A stretch of DNA of 64,000 nt, from NCBI GenBank assembly GCA_964270895.1, contig OZ185446.1. One strand, 5' to 3'. Source of the DNA: Podarcis filfolensis. Taxonomy: Eukaryota. The notes below the pieces were generated by a model. That model ran no database searches and was not told where the DNA came from. It saw only the letters and a list, made by a program, of their open reading frames with translations. Numbering within the stretch: the stretch's first letter is position 1; every line of letters starts with the position of its first letter. Made by a program: the position numbers and the translations under genes. Below are positions 27,070 through 39,532 of this stretch, piece by piece.

Positions 27070-27700
27070 CCAGCCCAGCATCCTGTTTCTGAAAGTGGCC
27101 AACAAGACGCCTCTGGCAAGCCCACAAGCAGGACCTCATGCAAATAGCCCTCTCCTGCTCTTGCTTCTAGCAGTTGTTTTTTGAAGGCCCAGTGCTTCTG
27201 AACCTGGAGGTAGTGCATAGCCATTATTACTAGTAGCCATTTATAGACTTATGCTCTGCAAATTTATCTAATCATCTTTTGGAGCCACCTAGGGGACGCA
27301 CCACAGAGCCTAGGACTTGCCGATCAGAAGGTTGGCGGTTCGAATCCCCGCGACGGGGTGAGCTCCCGTTGCTCGGTCCCAGCTCCTGCCAACCTAGCAG
27401 TTCAAAAGCACCTCAAAGTGCAAGTAGATAAATAGGCACCACTCCAGCGGGAAGGTAAATGGCGTTTTCATGCGCTGCTCTGGTTCGCCAGAAGTGGCTT
27501 AGTCATGCTGGGCACATGACCCGGAAGCTGTACGCCGGCTCCCTTGGCCAATAAAGCGAGATGAGCGTCGCAACCCCAGAGTCGGCCACGATTGGACCTA
27601 ATGGTCAGGGGTCCCTTTACCTTTACTTTAAGCATCACCACACCTTGTGGCAGAGAATTCCATAAATAAATTTTATGTTGTCTGAAGAAGCCTCATAATA
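27070..27700 (-). mobile_element. Old CR1 3' fragment interrupted by a Sauria SINE
   Basis: ccagcatcctgtttc...gtggccaac...aagcccacaagcagg on the left and catcaccacaccttgtggcagagaattccata on the right of the SINE resemble CR1 3'-region sequence. Confidence 0.5.
27292..27630 (+). mobile_element. Sauria SINE (small deletion in the A-box region)
   Basis: ggggacgc start, B box GGTTCGAATCC, full body, (ccttta) tail. Confidence 0.9.
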
Positions 27701-27945
27701 AGTATTGCTCTTGGTTCTTGGGAACTCACAGCTTTGTTTTCTGAGACAAGGTGAATAGATGTTTACAATGCATAGGTTTAGATAGTATGAATGGGTCACC
27801 TTGCCTAACAACTCATCCCTAAGACATCTTGAATCAGAAGTCCCACCATTCTACAAAAAGCTCCAGGGAAGAGTATTTTATCAAAAGATGACACTACAAG
27901 AGGCCAGTGAGCGGCCAAATCCCCCACTTCCTCTCTCTTCCATAC

Positions 27946-27965
27946 ATACACACACACACACACAC
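27946..27965. repeat. (CA)n microsatellite
   Basis: Direct observation. Confidence 0.9.
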
Positions 27966-29280
27966 CTGAAAAGATTTTACAGTTCCATCAACCTACTATA
28001 GATTAGACCAGGCACTGCAAGAACAAATCACTGAACTATGAACATGTGTGGGATAAGAAACTCCCCACCCGCCATTTCTTGCCTTATCGTGGCTTTGGAG
28101 ATATCCCAGTACAGCGGTACGCCAAATTGGATAGCAGTACCATACTTTGAAAAAAGTGCAGGTGGCTTCACATCTCTTTCCATTAACAAGTTTTATCCAT
28201 GCTTGAATGGGATTATGCTTTGAATTATATTATTCTGCATATTTCAAAGTGAAGTTTGAAGCTGATAAACAACAGAAAAGAGCCCAGTTAATCTGATAGG
28301 AATCTGTTTCTGGCACTATTTTGTAAGTCTCAAATTCAAGAAAGAAAAAGATGGATATGAAACAATTTAATCTTACTGTTTTAAAATGCATTTTACATTT
28401 GGAGAAATAGTTAATGATTATTCTTTTTACATTTCTATCCTGTATCCATTGGGATTAAGGATGCATTCAGGGAGCTATTATTAAGACTGAAGTCTAACTG
28501 GTTGATTAATTAATGAAAGTTTTACTGAGGGGAGTATTTATGAACACTTTTAAGAGTTATGTTGATTCTAGCATTGTTATAATAAGGAGTGGGAAAATAT
28601 TTAGAATGGCCTCTCCTAAGTATTGGTCACAACTTTTTTTTCTTTTTTCTTACACTTCCTTCATTATATCAAAAAGTCATCTACTTTTTTGAAATAGACA
28701 TTGTCAGTTAGCTAATTTATTGGCTAAAAGGCAAGTGAATAATCTATTGCTATTTAGTTTTATCCTTGCAATGTACCTGCAATACAGCTCCGACTAAGCT
28801 TCACTTGTGTGCCCTTTATTGCTAATTAACCCCATTGAACCCAGTGAAACCTACACCTTAGTTAACATGTACCACGATTACTCAAGAAACCTGATGCTAC
28901 CTAAGTAAAGTAAACAAATAGAATAATGCAACTGATTTGGACCTAGAGATAGTGTACACATTTGTGCTTTTTCTCTCTCAGTAAGAAAACAACGTATTCA
29001 AAGACAAGCATTGTGAATCTGTAGCAGATTTCTTGACAATATTACCATTGAGTCCATGGGGTACAACAGTGACTTAGTGTGCAGGGTGAGTTGCATGCAA
29101 TATGCTACAAGGATCTTTTGTTGTTGTTGTTTAGTCGTGTCTGCCTCACATATGCATAATTAAAGCTACAGAATTCCTCTTCCACTCCTGAGGAGGAAAG
29201 CAAGAGATGTGGGACTCACCCAGACTCCCTTTTGGGCCACACATTCCAGGCACAGGAAAGCTCTTTGCCTGAGTGAAAAG

Positions 29281-29644
29281 GGCTCAGCAATAAACCCTAT
29301 GCAAATGCGAAGTGGAGTCCCTAGGATGGCTGGATGGCGCCTTGTACGCCTCCTTCCGGCAACTCCTGCAGCCAAGCTGGTGCCAAACATCTTGCTCTGC
29401 TTTCCTTTGGACCACATCAGGCAAGGTCTTGTCGTCTGGGCAGCCCAGGACCTCCAGACATACTCCCCAGGTGTATGTCCTGGAGACGTCACTGCAGTGC
29501 TCCTAATGCAACAAAAACAATGTGGGAGGCAGCAGCCATGACTTACTGATCTTTGCAGCCACAGCAAGAGCTGTGATTCTCCAGGGGTTGGACCTCACCC
29601 TCAGAGGTGCACTCCGTTGTCTCTGAAGACAGATGGATGCCAAC
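29281..29644 (+). mobile_element. 5'-truncated copy of the RTE-derived short non-autonomous element
   Basis: Collinear with the reverse complement of 51354-51658 and with 57989-58267; ends gacagatggatgccaaca. Confidence 0.7.
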
Positions 29645-31350
29645 AGTGCAAATAGCAATCCACTGAAAACCCAATAACGGTTCGCTTGTTTCAGCCATAA
29701 AATGAGGGTTTTTCCAGTGAAAGTGCCACTGCAAAAACAGAGAAAAAAGCGTGCTTGGAAATGGAGATTTAAAGCCCAGCCCTGTACATATTAAAGCAGC
29801 ACCAAAGGAAGCCTGGATGAAAGCGTTGCAAGGGTCTTGGGCAGACTGGCCCATAGGAGGGATGCTGCATATACTTTAAGCATCTGCTGAGGCACCCCAC
29901 CCTCTTTTTGTGGCAGCAATAGATGAAGATGATAGATGCCACTGGAGCCACACTGACCTGTTGGGAACATGGGATAGCCCCCGCCCTTTTTGCCTTCTCT
30001 GTATTGCCAAAGTTGAGGATTTCTTTATTTTGGATAGGTCAAAGTATTGGGCTTCTTGAAGCCTAAACTAGCTGTCACAAGTGGACTCATATGCATAACT
30101 CCAAGCATCCTCTATGCTTCAGGAATCCAGTAATGGCAAGAGCCCAATTAAAGCTGGAGCTCAAAAAATGTGAAGGTGCTGCAGGACTGAAATTGTACAT
30201 CAGAAAGCCAGACCTTTTATGTTCTGATATTTCCCCTGTGCAATTTTTGAGCTCCAGCATATTGGTGAACAAGTAGTTTAAATATCTGGAAATACAGGTA
30301 GTCAAGAACTTAAACAAGCATCTCTCTGCAAAGTGTAAACTATTAGCTTGTTTGGAAGAAAATACTATTAGACATGAAATGGTGGGATGACCTAAATGTA
30401 CCTATTTCCAGCTACATTGCAACAATCAAAATGATGGTTCTTCCCAAATTTTCTTGATTTCATTTATATGCTCCCTGCTGCATTCCATTATAATTGCTTA
30501 TGAAAACAGCAATCTAATTAAATTATTTCATTTTTCCTAGTCAAAGGCCTAAGAGTGCTAAAGTTGTGTGGTATACAGCAAGCCTCAGAAGGTGGCAGTG
30601 GCCGTGGAGGGGTTTTCATTCCTTGTGTTTTATTCCGAGTCTTTCCAAATACTGTACGTCATCAAAGTGATGAATGGAGACTTGCCCAAACGAACCTGTC
30701 AAGGTCCATCAGCTGGAAAGGAGAAGTTCTTTGGACTCTTGCTGCTTCGTGATGACCCACAAGACCTGCCACTTGCTGGTTGATGTGGACAACCCCTCCT
30801 TGGCAAACCTTAAAGTGTGCAAGCATGATATAATACTGCCCTTAGGCTTTGAGCGAGGGTGAGTCATTCTAAGCAAGGAGGCAGCAATGTGAACAGGTGT
30901 ATGCGAATCTGAACTTAAGATATGGTTTATCTCTGTAGATCATGGCATGGTATCAGATTGACATAACTTAAATGTGGCATGAGATTCTCCATCTTGAACT
31001 TTGCTAGACCTTGGTACAAGCCTGATACTGGCCTCATCTCAGGAAACACATGCAAATCAAGTTGCTAGCATAGTCTGTTCAAACTACTAAATGGATGGTG
31101 GTACAGGAGGCAGACAAAGATACGACTGGACTTTGAAGGTCAGCACCAACACTTTGAATTATGCTCAGAAATGCACTGGGAGTCAATGTAGATTCTTTAG
31201 AACTGGTGTTATATGGTCTCGGAGGTCACTCCCAGTCACCAGTCTGGCAGCTGCATTCTGGATTCGTTGTTTCTGGGTCACCTTCAAAGGTAGCCCCACG
31301 TAGAGCACGTTGCAGTAGTCCAAGCGGGAAATAACCAAAGCATGCACCAC

Positions 31351-31970
31351 CAGGGCCGTCTTTACCCAGGGGTGCAAGGGGTGCGGGGCACCTGGGCGCC
31401 AAATTCTGGGGGGGCGCCAGGTGCCCGCCACTGAAGCCGCCTAAGCTCTTAACTATCTACCTGTTATGAAATAATAAATAATTCTGATCAAGCTAGAAAA
31501 ACAAAATACATGTATACCTAGGTATTACCGAAATGTATACAGTGGTACCTCGGGTTAAGTACTTAATTCGTTCCGGAGGTCCATTCTTAACCTGAAACTG
31601 TTCTTAACCTGAAGCACCACTTTAGCTAATGGGGCCTCCTGCTGCCACCGCACCGCCAAAGCACGATTTCTGTTCTCATCCTGAAGCAAAGTTCTTAACC
31701 CGAGCTACTATTTCTGGGTTAGCAGAGTCTGTAACCTGAAGTGACTATAACCTGAAGCGTATGTAACCCGAGGTACCACTGTACCTACTGTTTCACTAAA
31801 GGACTTTCAACTTTGTGCGTTCATTTACCAAAGACGCACCGTGCAAGCAGCGGCACTTGTCATTCACAATGGCGGCGCTTGTCAGACTCAACGACGGTGC
31901 TCACAACTAAATTTGGGGGCGCTGGGCAGATCTTTGCACCCTGGTGGTACATATGTTAAAGACTTGCCTG
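31351..31970. mobile_element. hAT MITE (620 bp including a nested MITE)
   Basis: TIR cagggccgtcttta / taaagacttgcctg; perfect 8-bp TSD tgcaccac (31343-31350 and 31971-31978). Confidence 0.85.
31540..31781. mobile_element. Tc1/mariner-type MITE nested in the hAT MITE
   Basis: TA|cagtggtacctcgggtta ... taacccgaggtaccactg|TA. Confidence 0.9.
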
Positions 31971-32387
31971 TGCACCACTCTGGTGAGACAGTCTGCAGGT
32001 AGGTAGGGTCTCAGCCAGTGTACCAGATGGAGTTGGTAGACAGCTAACCTGGACACAGAATTTACCTGCACCTCCACAGACAACTGTGAGTCCAAAATGA
32101 CTCCCAGGCTGCGCACCTGGTCCTTCAGGGGCACAGTTACCCCATTCAGGACCAGGGAGTCCTCTACACCTGCCTGCTCCCTGTCCCCCCAAAACAGCAC
32201 CTTTGTCTTGTCAGGATTACATCTGAATCTGTTAGCCACAATCCTTCCTCCAACCGCCTCTAGGCACTCACACAGGACCTTCACTGCCTTCACTGGTTCT
32301 GATTTATTTCTAGTGTTGGCCCTATTGCAAAATTTTCTGTAGGCTTTGGAAATAGTTAAGGGACTCTATCATTCTTTATATCCTTTA

Positions 32388-32632
32388 CAGTGGTACCTCG
32401 GGATGTGAACGGGATCCGTTCTGGAGCCCTGTTCGCATCCCTAACAGAACGTAAGACGCGACAGTGCATCTGTGCGTGCGCAGGTCGCATTTCGCCGCCT
32501 CTGCACATGCACGTGACGTCATTTTGAGCGTCTGCATGCGTGAGCGGCGAAACCCAGAAGTAACACGCTCCGTTACTTCCGGGTCACCGCGGAGTGCTCA
32601 ACCTGAAGCGTATTTATCCCGAGGTATGACTG
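32388..32632. mobile_element. Tc1/mariner (Tigger-like) MITE
   Basis: TA duplication, TIRs cagtggtacctcggga / tcccgaggtatgactg; same family as 9126. Confidence 0.85.
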
Positions 32633-32757
32633 TATATCAAACTTTATATCAAGGTGTGTATGTATTGTAGAATTTACTGTCTGCTTAAATTGTAATTATG
32701 CTGTTGGAAGCAGCATTTATATATTCTGTTACTTTTATTTCATGTAATAAGCCAAGC

Positions 32758-33582
32758 TGTCAGAGCTACCCTAGGTCCCAGCTCACAAAGGACCAACGCT
32801 GCTTTGTTGTTAAGTATAAAAGTCTTTATTGAAGTCCAGTTTCACTTCCAGAGCCGCAGCGCGCAGCTCCACGTCTCAAGTGTCAGACCGCTGATGCTCC
32901 GTCTGAGTCTCCTCCCCCTTGACACCAATTTAAGATTCTAGCCTTGCTCCACCTTCTCCGCTGCTCCTTCCTCCTCTGGGTCCGCCTGCCCGCCGGGGTT
33001 CCGCCCTTTCTAGCCTCTTCTCCCGCTGATTCCCCTGAGCCTTCTCCCTCCCTCCGGCGGGCTTTAGGAGCTGGTTCCCCATCCGGGTCTCCTGCTGTTC
33101 CGCACGCCTGCACATTTGAACTTGGCGCGCGCGCCCAGCCAGCAGCTTTCCTCCTGACCGTTTCACTGCTGCTGTCACTGCTTCCCCCTTCGGGGGGGCT
33201 AGCTGCAACTGACCTCCCTTCCGTTCCCCCACTCTCCGATGGAGGCGTGGTCAGCCCTGACTCACTCTCTCTCTCCGCTGGAGGAGACGCTGGCCCTGAC
33301 ACATGTGACTCTTCCCCCCCACTATGCTCTGGTGGGGAAACTGGTCCCGATCCTCCACTGCTGCTTTGGGGTTCCCCTCTGGCTCCTTGTTTCTGGTGCG
33401 TCCCCCCTGGGACCCCCCTTGCCCTGACCATCGGCGCCCCCTTCTGGGAATCTTCTGATTCGCTGGAGAAGCTCATGGAATCTCTCGGGCCACTGTCATA
33501 CTCCCCTACGCTGCCCTCGGATTCTTCCCCTTCGCTCTCCAAACCCTCTCTCCCCAGTGCTCCTGCTCCTGATTCCCTGACA
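32758..33582 (-). mobile_element. Solo LTR (825 bp; Gypsy- or ERV-type)
   Basis: TGTCAG...CTGACA termini, 5-bp TSD caagc (32753-32757 and 33583-33587), minus-strand AATAAA at 32825-32830, CpG-rich. Confidence 0.85.
32883..33581 (-). CDS. Open frame inside the solo LTR: Ser/Glu/Gly-rich with repeated S/T-P-P motifs and a C-terminal Arg-rich motif (about 197 aa from the first in-frame ATG at 33476)
   Basis: No stop from the second base of the LTR to 32883; SPPE/SPPA/TPPS/SPPE repeats; RRTQRRKEQRRRW at 32949-32987. Translation unproven; GC richness favours long ORFs. Confidence 0.4.
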   Translation of the reverse strand, partial: VRESGAGALGREGLESEGEESEGSVGEYDSGPRDSMSFSSESEDSQKGAPMVRARGVPGGTHQKQGARGEPQSSSGGSGPVSPPEHSGGEESHVSGPASPPAERESESGLTTPPSESGGTEGRSVAASPPEGGSSDSSSETVRRKAAGWARAPSSNVQACGTAGDPDGEPAPKARRREGEGSGESAGEEARKGGTPAGRRTQRRKEQRRRWSKARILNWCQGGGDSDGASAV

Positions 33583-36500
33583 CAAGCGTTCTTTATTCCT
33601 CTGTGAAAGAGCTTCTTGTGGACATAAGGCTAAGGGAAAACACATTCTCATAGACAAGCACGTTATACCTCCAGCAAAAGATCCTAAACCTCTCAGCAGT
33701 GTGCGTATGAGCATCAATGAGTGCTGGCAGTGCACATGTGAGTCCAGGTACACACCTGTAACAGCAAGATACATTTGATTCTAAAGTCTCACCTAAGAGA
33801 CTTACAATGATTTTGGGAAATAACTAATTAGGTGCAAATTATTATCAGTGTCTCATGTCTTTATTCTGGGGTTTGGTATCAATTGCAGAATAATATCATG
33901 TGGAGCATGACAGTGATTTAGATCTAGGTAAAATAGCATGTGTGCAGATAAATGTCAGCCAACATGTGACACTACAAGGTGGGAAGTCACAAATAGCCAT
34001 GAAAATAAGAGGACAGGCTTAACACATATTTATCTGAATCAATGTTCCAAGAACTATTGCACTGGAACAAAGCAATGGTGCCAGGAAGGAAAAAAGACTT
34101 ATGAATAATTTTTCTTGCGGAGTATCACCATGAGAAACCATGTCCCCGGGCCTCACAGTGCCTTTGTGTCGATCTATTCCATCCATGCGTTCTCATAAGT
34201 TATGAAGATTTGTTTCTAAATATTCAACAAATTCATCATACAGTGTTGTACTGCCCTTGGCGGCATTGAACTACTGAACTGAAAAGTAATGCATTTATCT
34301 GCAGAATGAATCAGGAAGAGGTTTTACTCTATCATCGCTGCACTGCCTTAGTGGTACACAAGTGAAAAGAACAGAAAGCATTAAAAATTACACAGTGAAG
34401 CAAGCTATTATCATGATGAGGGCTTCCACAGCCGAATGCTATTGCCTGGGGAAAGGTTCGCTGTTATGCAGGGACTGGCAAAGCATTTATTTAAACTTTG
34501 GAACTCTGGTAAATGTTTGGTGGGTATGGCTTACTTTGGGTACAGGCCCTCTGAAAGAACAAAACCTTGCCAAGCAAGTCAAGAAACCTCAGGTAGAGGC
34601 AGGGTTGGTTAGCGCTGGGCATTCTTGGGCAGCTGCTGGATCCAAAAATCCTGGCAGCACCCACTGCTGACACCTGCCCTGCCCCTTTTTCATCCCCCTT
34701 CTTCCAGAGCTCCAAGTGGCTAAGTCTAGCCATCACTTTAATCTCGCACATCGTAGCTTCACACTCTGAGACACTACCGGAAAGGAACAGGGCATCTCCC
34801 AGGCACCCAGGGCTGTTTGGAGTGCTAAATATGTGCCACATAAGCCTGCCAAGGACCCATCGACTGTGGAGCTTGCTCACCAGAGGACACTTTGCCCATT
34901 GCCCCATCCAATTCCCTGCTCAGAGGAAAGTGCTGCCCCTGCCATAAAAAGATAAAGGGTGGTACCCAATCAAGAGTTACTCAAAGTAGACCCACTGAAA
35001 TGAACAAGAGCTAGGTCCATTAATTTCAATAGGTCCATTCCGAGTTAAGTTTAGCTGAATACCTCCCCCCAAATACGTACATTTTTGTGTATACGCGAGA
35101 TCTCCCTTAGCCTATTTGCTTGCATTCTTCCACAACAACAAAGATGGAGTCAAAACAACACTGGGCCTAACTAGATGTGATACAAAACATATCACTGGAA
35201 GACCCCACCCCTCTCTCTTTACTCTAAGTGGTCACTGCAAGGAGGCTTGCTATGCAGGTAAGGGAGGGGAGTGAATCCCCTCCACCTTTGCTCTTTGGCT
35301 TCCCTCCTCTTCTCATGGGCTGCAGCTCCAGTCCAATCCATTCTCCATCCCCCGACTTCAAGTGAAAAGAGAGGCAATTTCCAGTGACTAGTTGATGAGT
35401 TTTGTTGTTTTCCAAGAATTGGTGGCAATGAGGGACAGGCAGAATCTCCCCGGGACCCAATTTGATCCAAGAGCTTTCTGTTGCTGGCCCTCTGTTACCG
35501 AGAGATTAACCGCTCACAATGGGTTGGCAAAATGCTTGCAGCCTTAAGCCATTGTGAAATGGGGAAGCCACTGAGAGCACAGATTGCCATCTCTCCTGCA
35601 AATCAAGTGATAACATGGTTCTCTTTATAACAAAAATTGTGTGTTTTTTAAAATATCACAGGAGCAAGATGTGTTTTGAAAGAAGTTATCAAGGACTATA
35701 AAGCTTGAAACAATGTTCAGAAACAGAAAAATGACTTTTACTTAAATCAGAGGGAGCCAGAGAAAAAATAATAATCCCAGTGAAAATGCTTACAAGGATT
35801 AAAGGAAGAAAAGCTTACGTTAAGACTCAATAGGGTATGAAAGATTTTTTAAAAATTATTCACATCTGATGCACTTGACTCCTTTAGTCCATTTCTTTCT
35901 AAAGTGACCTATCCAGAGAAGGGGGACAGCTGCTGACGAAAGTGTGCCTGAACCTTTCAGATTCTTTCTTCAAGGCTCTCTACTGTAGAAAGAGGCATCG
36001 AAGAATAAACCACTAAATATGACTGCTTCAAAATGCTCTCTAGAATTGATTGCGCTTCAGAAGAGGAAGCAGTCAAGTGCTCTTTGAGCATATGTATTTT
36101 TCCTGTCAGTCCAAAAAGCAAAGCAAAGCAATCTGTCTTTGAAGGGATTATATTTGGAATTAGATGTTAACACAGATTTGATTTGATTTTTTTTAAAAAA
36201 CCCACCTAAATCTTTGTTGCATAAGATTCTGGAGTGGGCATAGGAAGCCTATGGCAACTGCAGATTTAAGAAAGCAGTGGAACCAAAGGGAGCCTGAGTG
36301 GGGCAATCTTTTTCATTGGGTCCAAGGTGGTGAAAAGGGTTAACGCCCTTACCCATGCACTGAAGTCCTGATGCTTCTCCCCCACCAATGATGTCTATTT
36401 AATTTTTAAAAAACCTATGCACATTAATTACTTATACGCAAAAATACCATATATAGTTCAGTTCTTTGTGGAAATGTTCGTAGCATCTTTCTTCAGAGAG

Positions 36501-36660
36501 GGGAAATGGTGTATCAGAAGAGGTCCTAGAACCTGAAGAATAGGCTTCATTTGCATAGCCAATAGGCCATTGCATCGAAGGACAGACAGAAACAAAAATA
36601 CATTATGGAAATAGTTATCATAAAATAATCTCAGTACTTAAAACTTGGCAGAGGTAATGA

Positions 36661-37090
36661 TAATAATAATAAGATCCTAGGCGACGACACTGATGTCATT
36701 CAGACAGCAGCTCTCAGTCTCATTGCTCTCTTGACAAACCTGGCAACCTTCTCTGTTGTCAAGCTGCTCTGGTCGGCTAGGAGTGAGAACAACTTGGCTT
36801 CACAAGAGCGGCCCGGGATGGCAGATAGTAGCGGCGTGATGGTCTCGTCCCTGAGATCTTTATACGGGGAGCAGGACAAGAGAACGTGTGACACAGTCTC
36901 CACGTAACCAGCTCCACAGGGGCAGAGCCGGTTCTCGAATGAAATTTTTTGATATCTACCTTCAAGAACAGATGATGGTAACATATTTAGTCTGGCCAGT
37001 GTAAAGGCCCGCCTAAGTTTTGGAGTGGTTAGGGTAGACAAATAAGGTGTGTGGAAATAAGGAGGAGTGGAAACAATGTTTGCAAACAAG
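36661..37090 (-). mobile_element. RTE-X-like LINE 3' fragment (subfamily A)
   Basis: RRAFTLARLNMLPSSVLEGRY...RLCPCG...ETVSHVLLSC (CCHC-type C-terminus), stop codon, short UTR and (ATT)n tail. Clade name inferred. Confidence 0.65.
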
Positions 37091-37296
37091 ATCAAGTTAA
37101 CTAGAGACCTGGTGAAACAGATTGTTGCTCCATCTACTCTAACATCGTGTTTCCAACAGTGATCAGCCATACACCACAATGTTGGTTTTAGTCCTTTTTC
37201 TAATTCAAAATTTTCAGTTTGGCTTTTTGACTGCTTTTGCCTTCTGTGTTGATTTATCAGTGAGATGGCCACCACAACTCATAAATCTCTTTCTAT

Positions 37297-38545
37297 GAAG
37301 GCTTCTGCTCTTAATTCAGGCACTGCACACAAACACGGCTCTTAGAGTCAGGTGTAGCCGCCTAGGACACCTAATGGACCCCATTAAAACCTTCAAAGGA
37401 GTCAGGCAAGGGTGCCTATTGGCCTCTCTACTATTTAATTTCTATCTAAATAACTTAGTATCTGCACTCAATGACTCAGAATTCCACCCGCCGAAGCTTG
37501 CAAATTGGCATATTTCGGTCCTGCTATATGCCGATGATGTGGTAATTCTATCTAGAACCCCATTAGACTCAAAAGAGCACTAAGAAAGCTCGCAGCATAC
37601 TGTGAAACTGAATGTCTCAAAATCAACTATCAAAAGACCAAGATACTCGCTTTTGGGGAAAAAACCAAAGCTTAGAATCTGGGAACTCCAAGCCCATAAA
37701 TTAGAACAAGTCACAAACTATAAGTATCTAGGAATGGTGGTACAGGCCTCAGGAACCAACAAACTTCACAAAAACTCCATCGGGAGCTCAGCGGAAAAAA
37801 CCGCAAACTGTATCCTTACATTTTTCAGAGGACAAGGGGGCTTTTTCGTCCCCACGGCTCTAAAATTATACAAGGCCAAAATGTTGGCACAGCTCCTTTA
37901 TGGATCCTTTCTGGGCCCACCTTCCTCTGCTTTCTCCTCTCTTGAGAGAGTCCAATCCAAACTCCTTAGAGCTCTCCTACAAGTCCCCAGAAGTGTTTCA
38001 AAGGCATGGGTTAGACTAGAAACGGGGATGATGAGAGTGGAGGCTTATATCTGCCTAACATCAATCTACAAATGGCTTACTTGAATCTGCTCCCCTGAGA
38101 AATAGCCCCACTGATCCTCTGTGACCAATTCCAGTCAGGCTGGCAGACTGCAGACCTGAACACCCTTCAGAAACTGGGTTTTGCCCCTCAAGCCCTTCTA
38201 AGTCTGGGGTTGGGCCAGGCAAAAGCCACGGTCAGGCAAAGAATCATAGACACCGAGAGACAATGCTCAAGGTGCTCCGACTACAAAATTGGAGATATTG
38301 AGAGATATATAGCTGCACCGACAGCATATCTCTTCTTTCTTGTATCTAAAAATGCAAGAAGGGCTTTTACACTTGCCAGAAGCTCAGCTCTGCCCTCGCC
38401 GGTCCTGGAAGGAGCCTTTAAAAAAGTCCCATATGCTCAGAGACTTTGCGCCTGTTCATTGGGAGAGATAGGAAACCCTGTACCCCCAAGCATGTTTTAT
38501 AAGCTGGTCTCTGACTGCAATAAATTATCTATCTATCTTTTTCTA
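37297..38545 (+). mobile_element. RTE-X-like LINE, 5'-truncated, frameshifted, internally deleted (subfamily B)
   Basis: RT motifs GVRQGC and LLYADD (37374-37583), later KLYKAK...LLYG and RRAFTLAR...RLCAC; ends caataaattatctatctatc. Confidence 0.75.
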
Positions 38546-38703
38546 TGAGACTCATTTTGGGCACAATCCATGCTGGCTGACTTTGCCTAGTGGCACATGG
38601 CCCAAAGAATGGTTAGGAGGGGGACTTTCCACCTTCCCAGCAGGACTGGGAAGGTTTGTGAGAAAAGGCTGGCTCTGCTTCAACAAGACTTGTTCTTCTA
38701 TCT

Positions 38704-38957
38704 CAGGGTCAGCAACTTTTTTCAGCCGTGGGCTGGTCCACCGTCCCTCAGACCATGTGGTGGGCCGGATTATATATATTTTTTTGGGGGGGGATGAACG
38801 AATTCCTATGCCCCACAAATAACCCAGAGATGCATTTTAAATAAAAGGACACATTCTACTCATGTAAAAACACGCTGATTCCTGGACCGTCTGTGGGCCA
38901 GATTGAGAAGGCGATTGGGCCGCATCCGGCTCACAGGCCTTAGGTTGCCTACCCCTG
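38704..38957 (+). mobile_element. hAT MITE (caggggtcagcaaac family)
   Basis: TIRs plus perfect 8-bp TSD ttctatct (38696-38703 and 38958-38965). Confidence 0.9.
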
Positions 38958-39532
38958 TTCTATCTTGTTACAAAAGTTTGGAACTTCCCTCTCTCTCCGC
39001 GAGCAGTGGCAAGGGTCCATGGGGTTCCAGGTACTCACCCAGGGTGTGTGTTCCTTTGGAGGCTTGAGACACAGTGGAGACTGTTGTAGCTTTAAGAAAT
39101 CTAGTTTATTCACCTACTTACACCTTCATTCTGTATGGGGGGATCCAGATCTTCTGCATGGTCATTTTGAGAGGGGTTGTCCCCTACAGCAGTACAGCCC
39201 TGGAGTCCAAGGCATCTCCCCCAGCCAGCTCTGCAGCCAGCCTGCCCCCAAATGGATCCCAGTCTCTCTTTCTCCTTCTCCTTCCCAGAACCCCTTGCTA
39301 CCAGACTTTTTTTTCCTGTCACCTCAAACACACACACCTGGGCAGCATCTGTCCCCCAGACCAAAGGATTCCTCTCAGATGGCACACCAGGCTGGTGTGC
39401 ATCAGCCACACAGGAATTCCTTGTCTGGCACAGTTCTGCAGCTTGTCCTTTTATCCATACCCCAATTAATCAAAAGCCTATCATTTATTAATTTCTGTAG
39501 GGGGGTCCCCCCAAATCTATTACAAAATGCTT

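Larger units (their letters stand above)
31124..32296 (-). mobile_element. L2 LINE ORF2 fragment split by a hAT MITE
   Basis: Minus ORFs give NPDKTKVL...QVRSLGVILDSQLS and ALVISRLDYCNVLYVGLP...QNAAARLVTG, typical of the L2 C-terminal region. Confidence 0.85.

Noticed and set aside
29118-29142. ttgttgttgttgtttagtcgtgtc resembling an ultra-truncated BovB 3' tail
   Set aside because: Only about 25 bp and no TSD; too short to call confidently.
32944-33606. 220-aa plus-strand ORF in the solo LTR
   Set aside because: Leu/Pro/Ser-rich mirror of the purine-rich minus frame; crosses the LTR boundary into flanking DNA.
36020-36075. 10-bp perfect inverted repeat (tgactgcttc/gaagcagtca) as a possible miRNA hairpin
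   Set aside because: The inner 36 nt pair poorly; a few such repeats are expected by chance in 64 kb.
36675-37363. Apparent inverted repeat cctaggcgacgacac / gtgtagccgcctagg flanking a LINE fragment (TIR-like capture)
   Set aside because: The right arm is in-frame RT coding sequence of the adjacent LINE (LRVRCSRLGHL), so the match is coincidental; no TSD.
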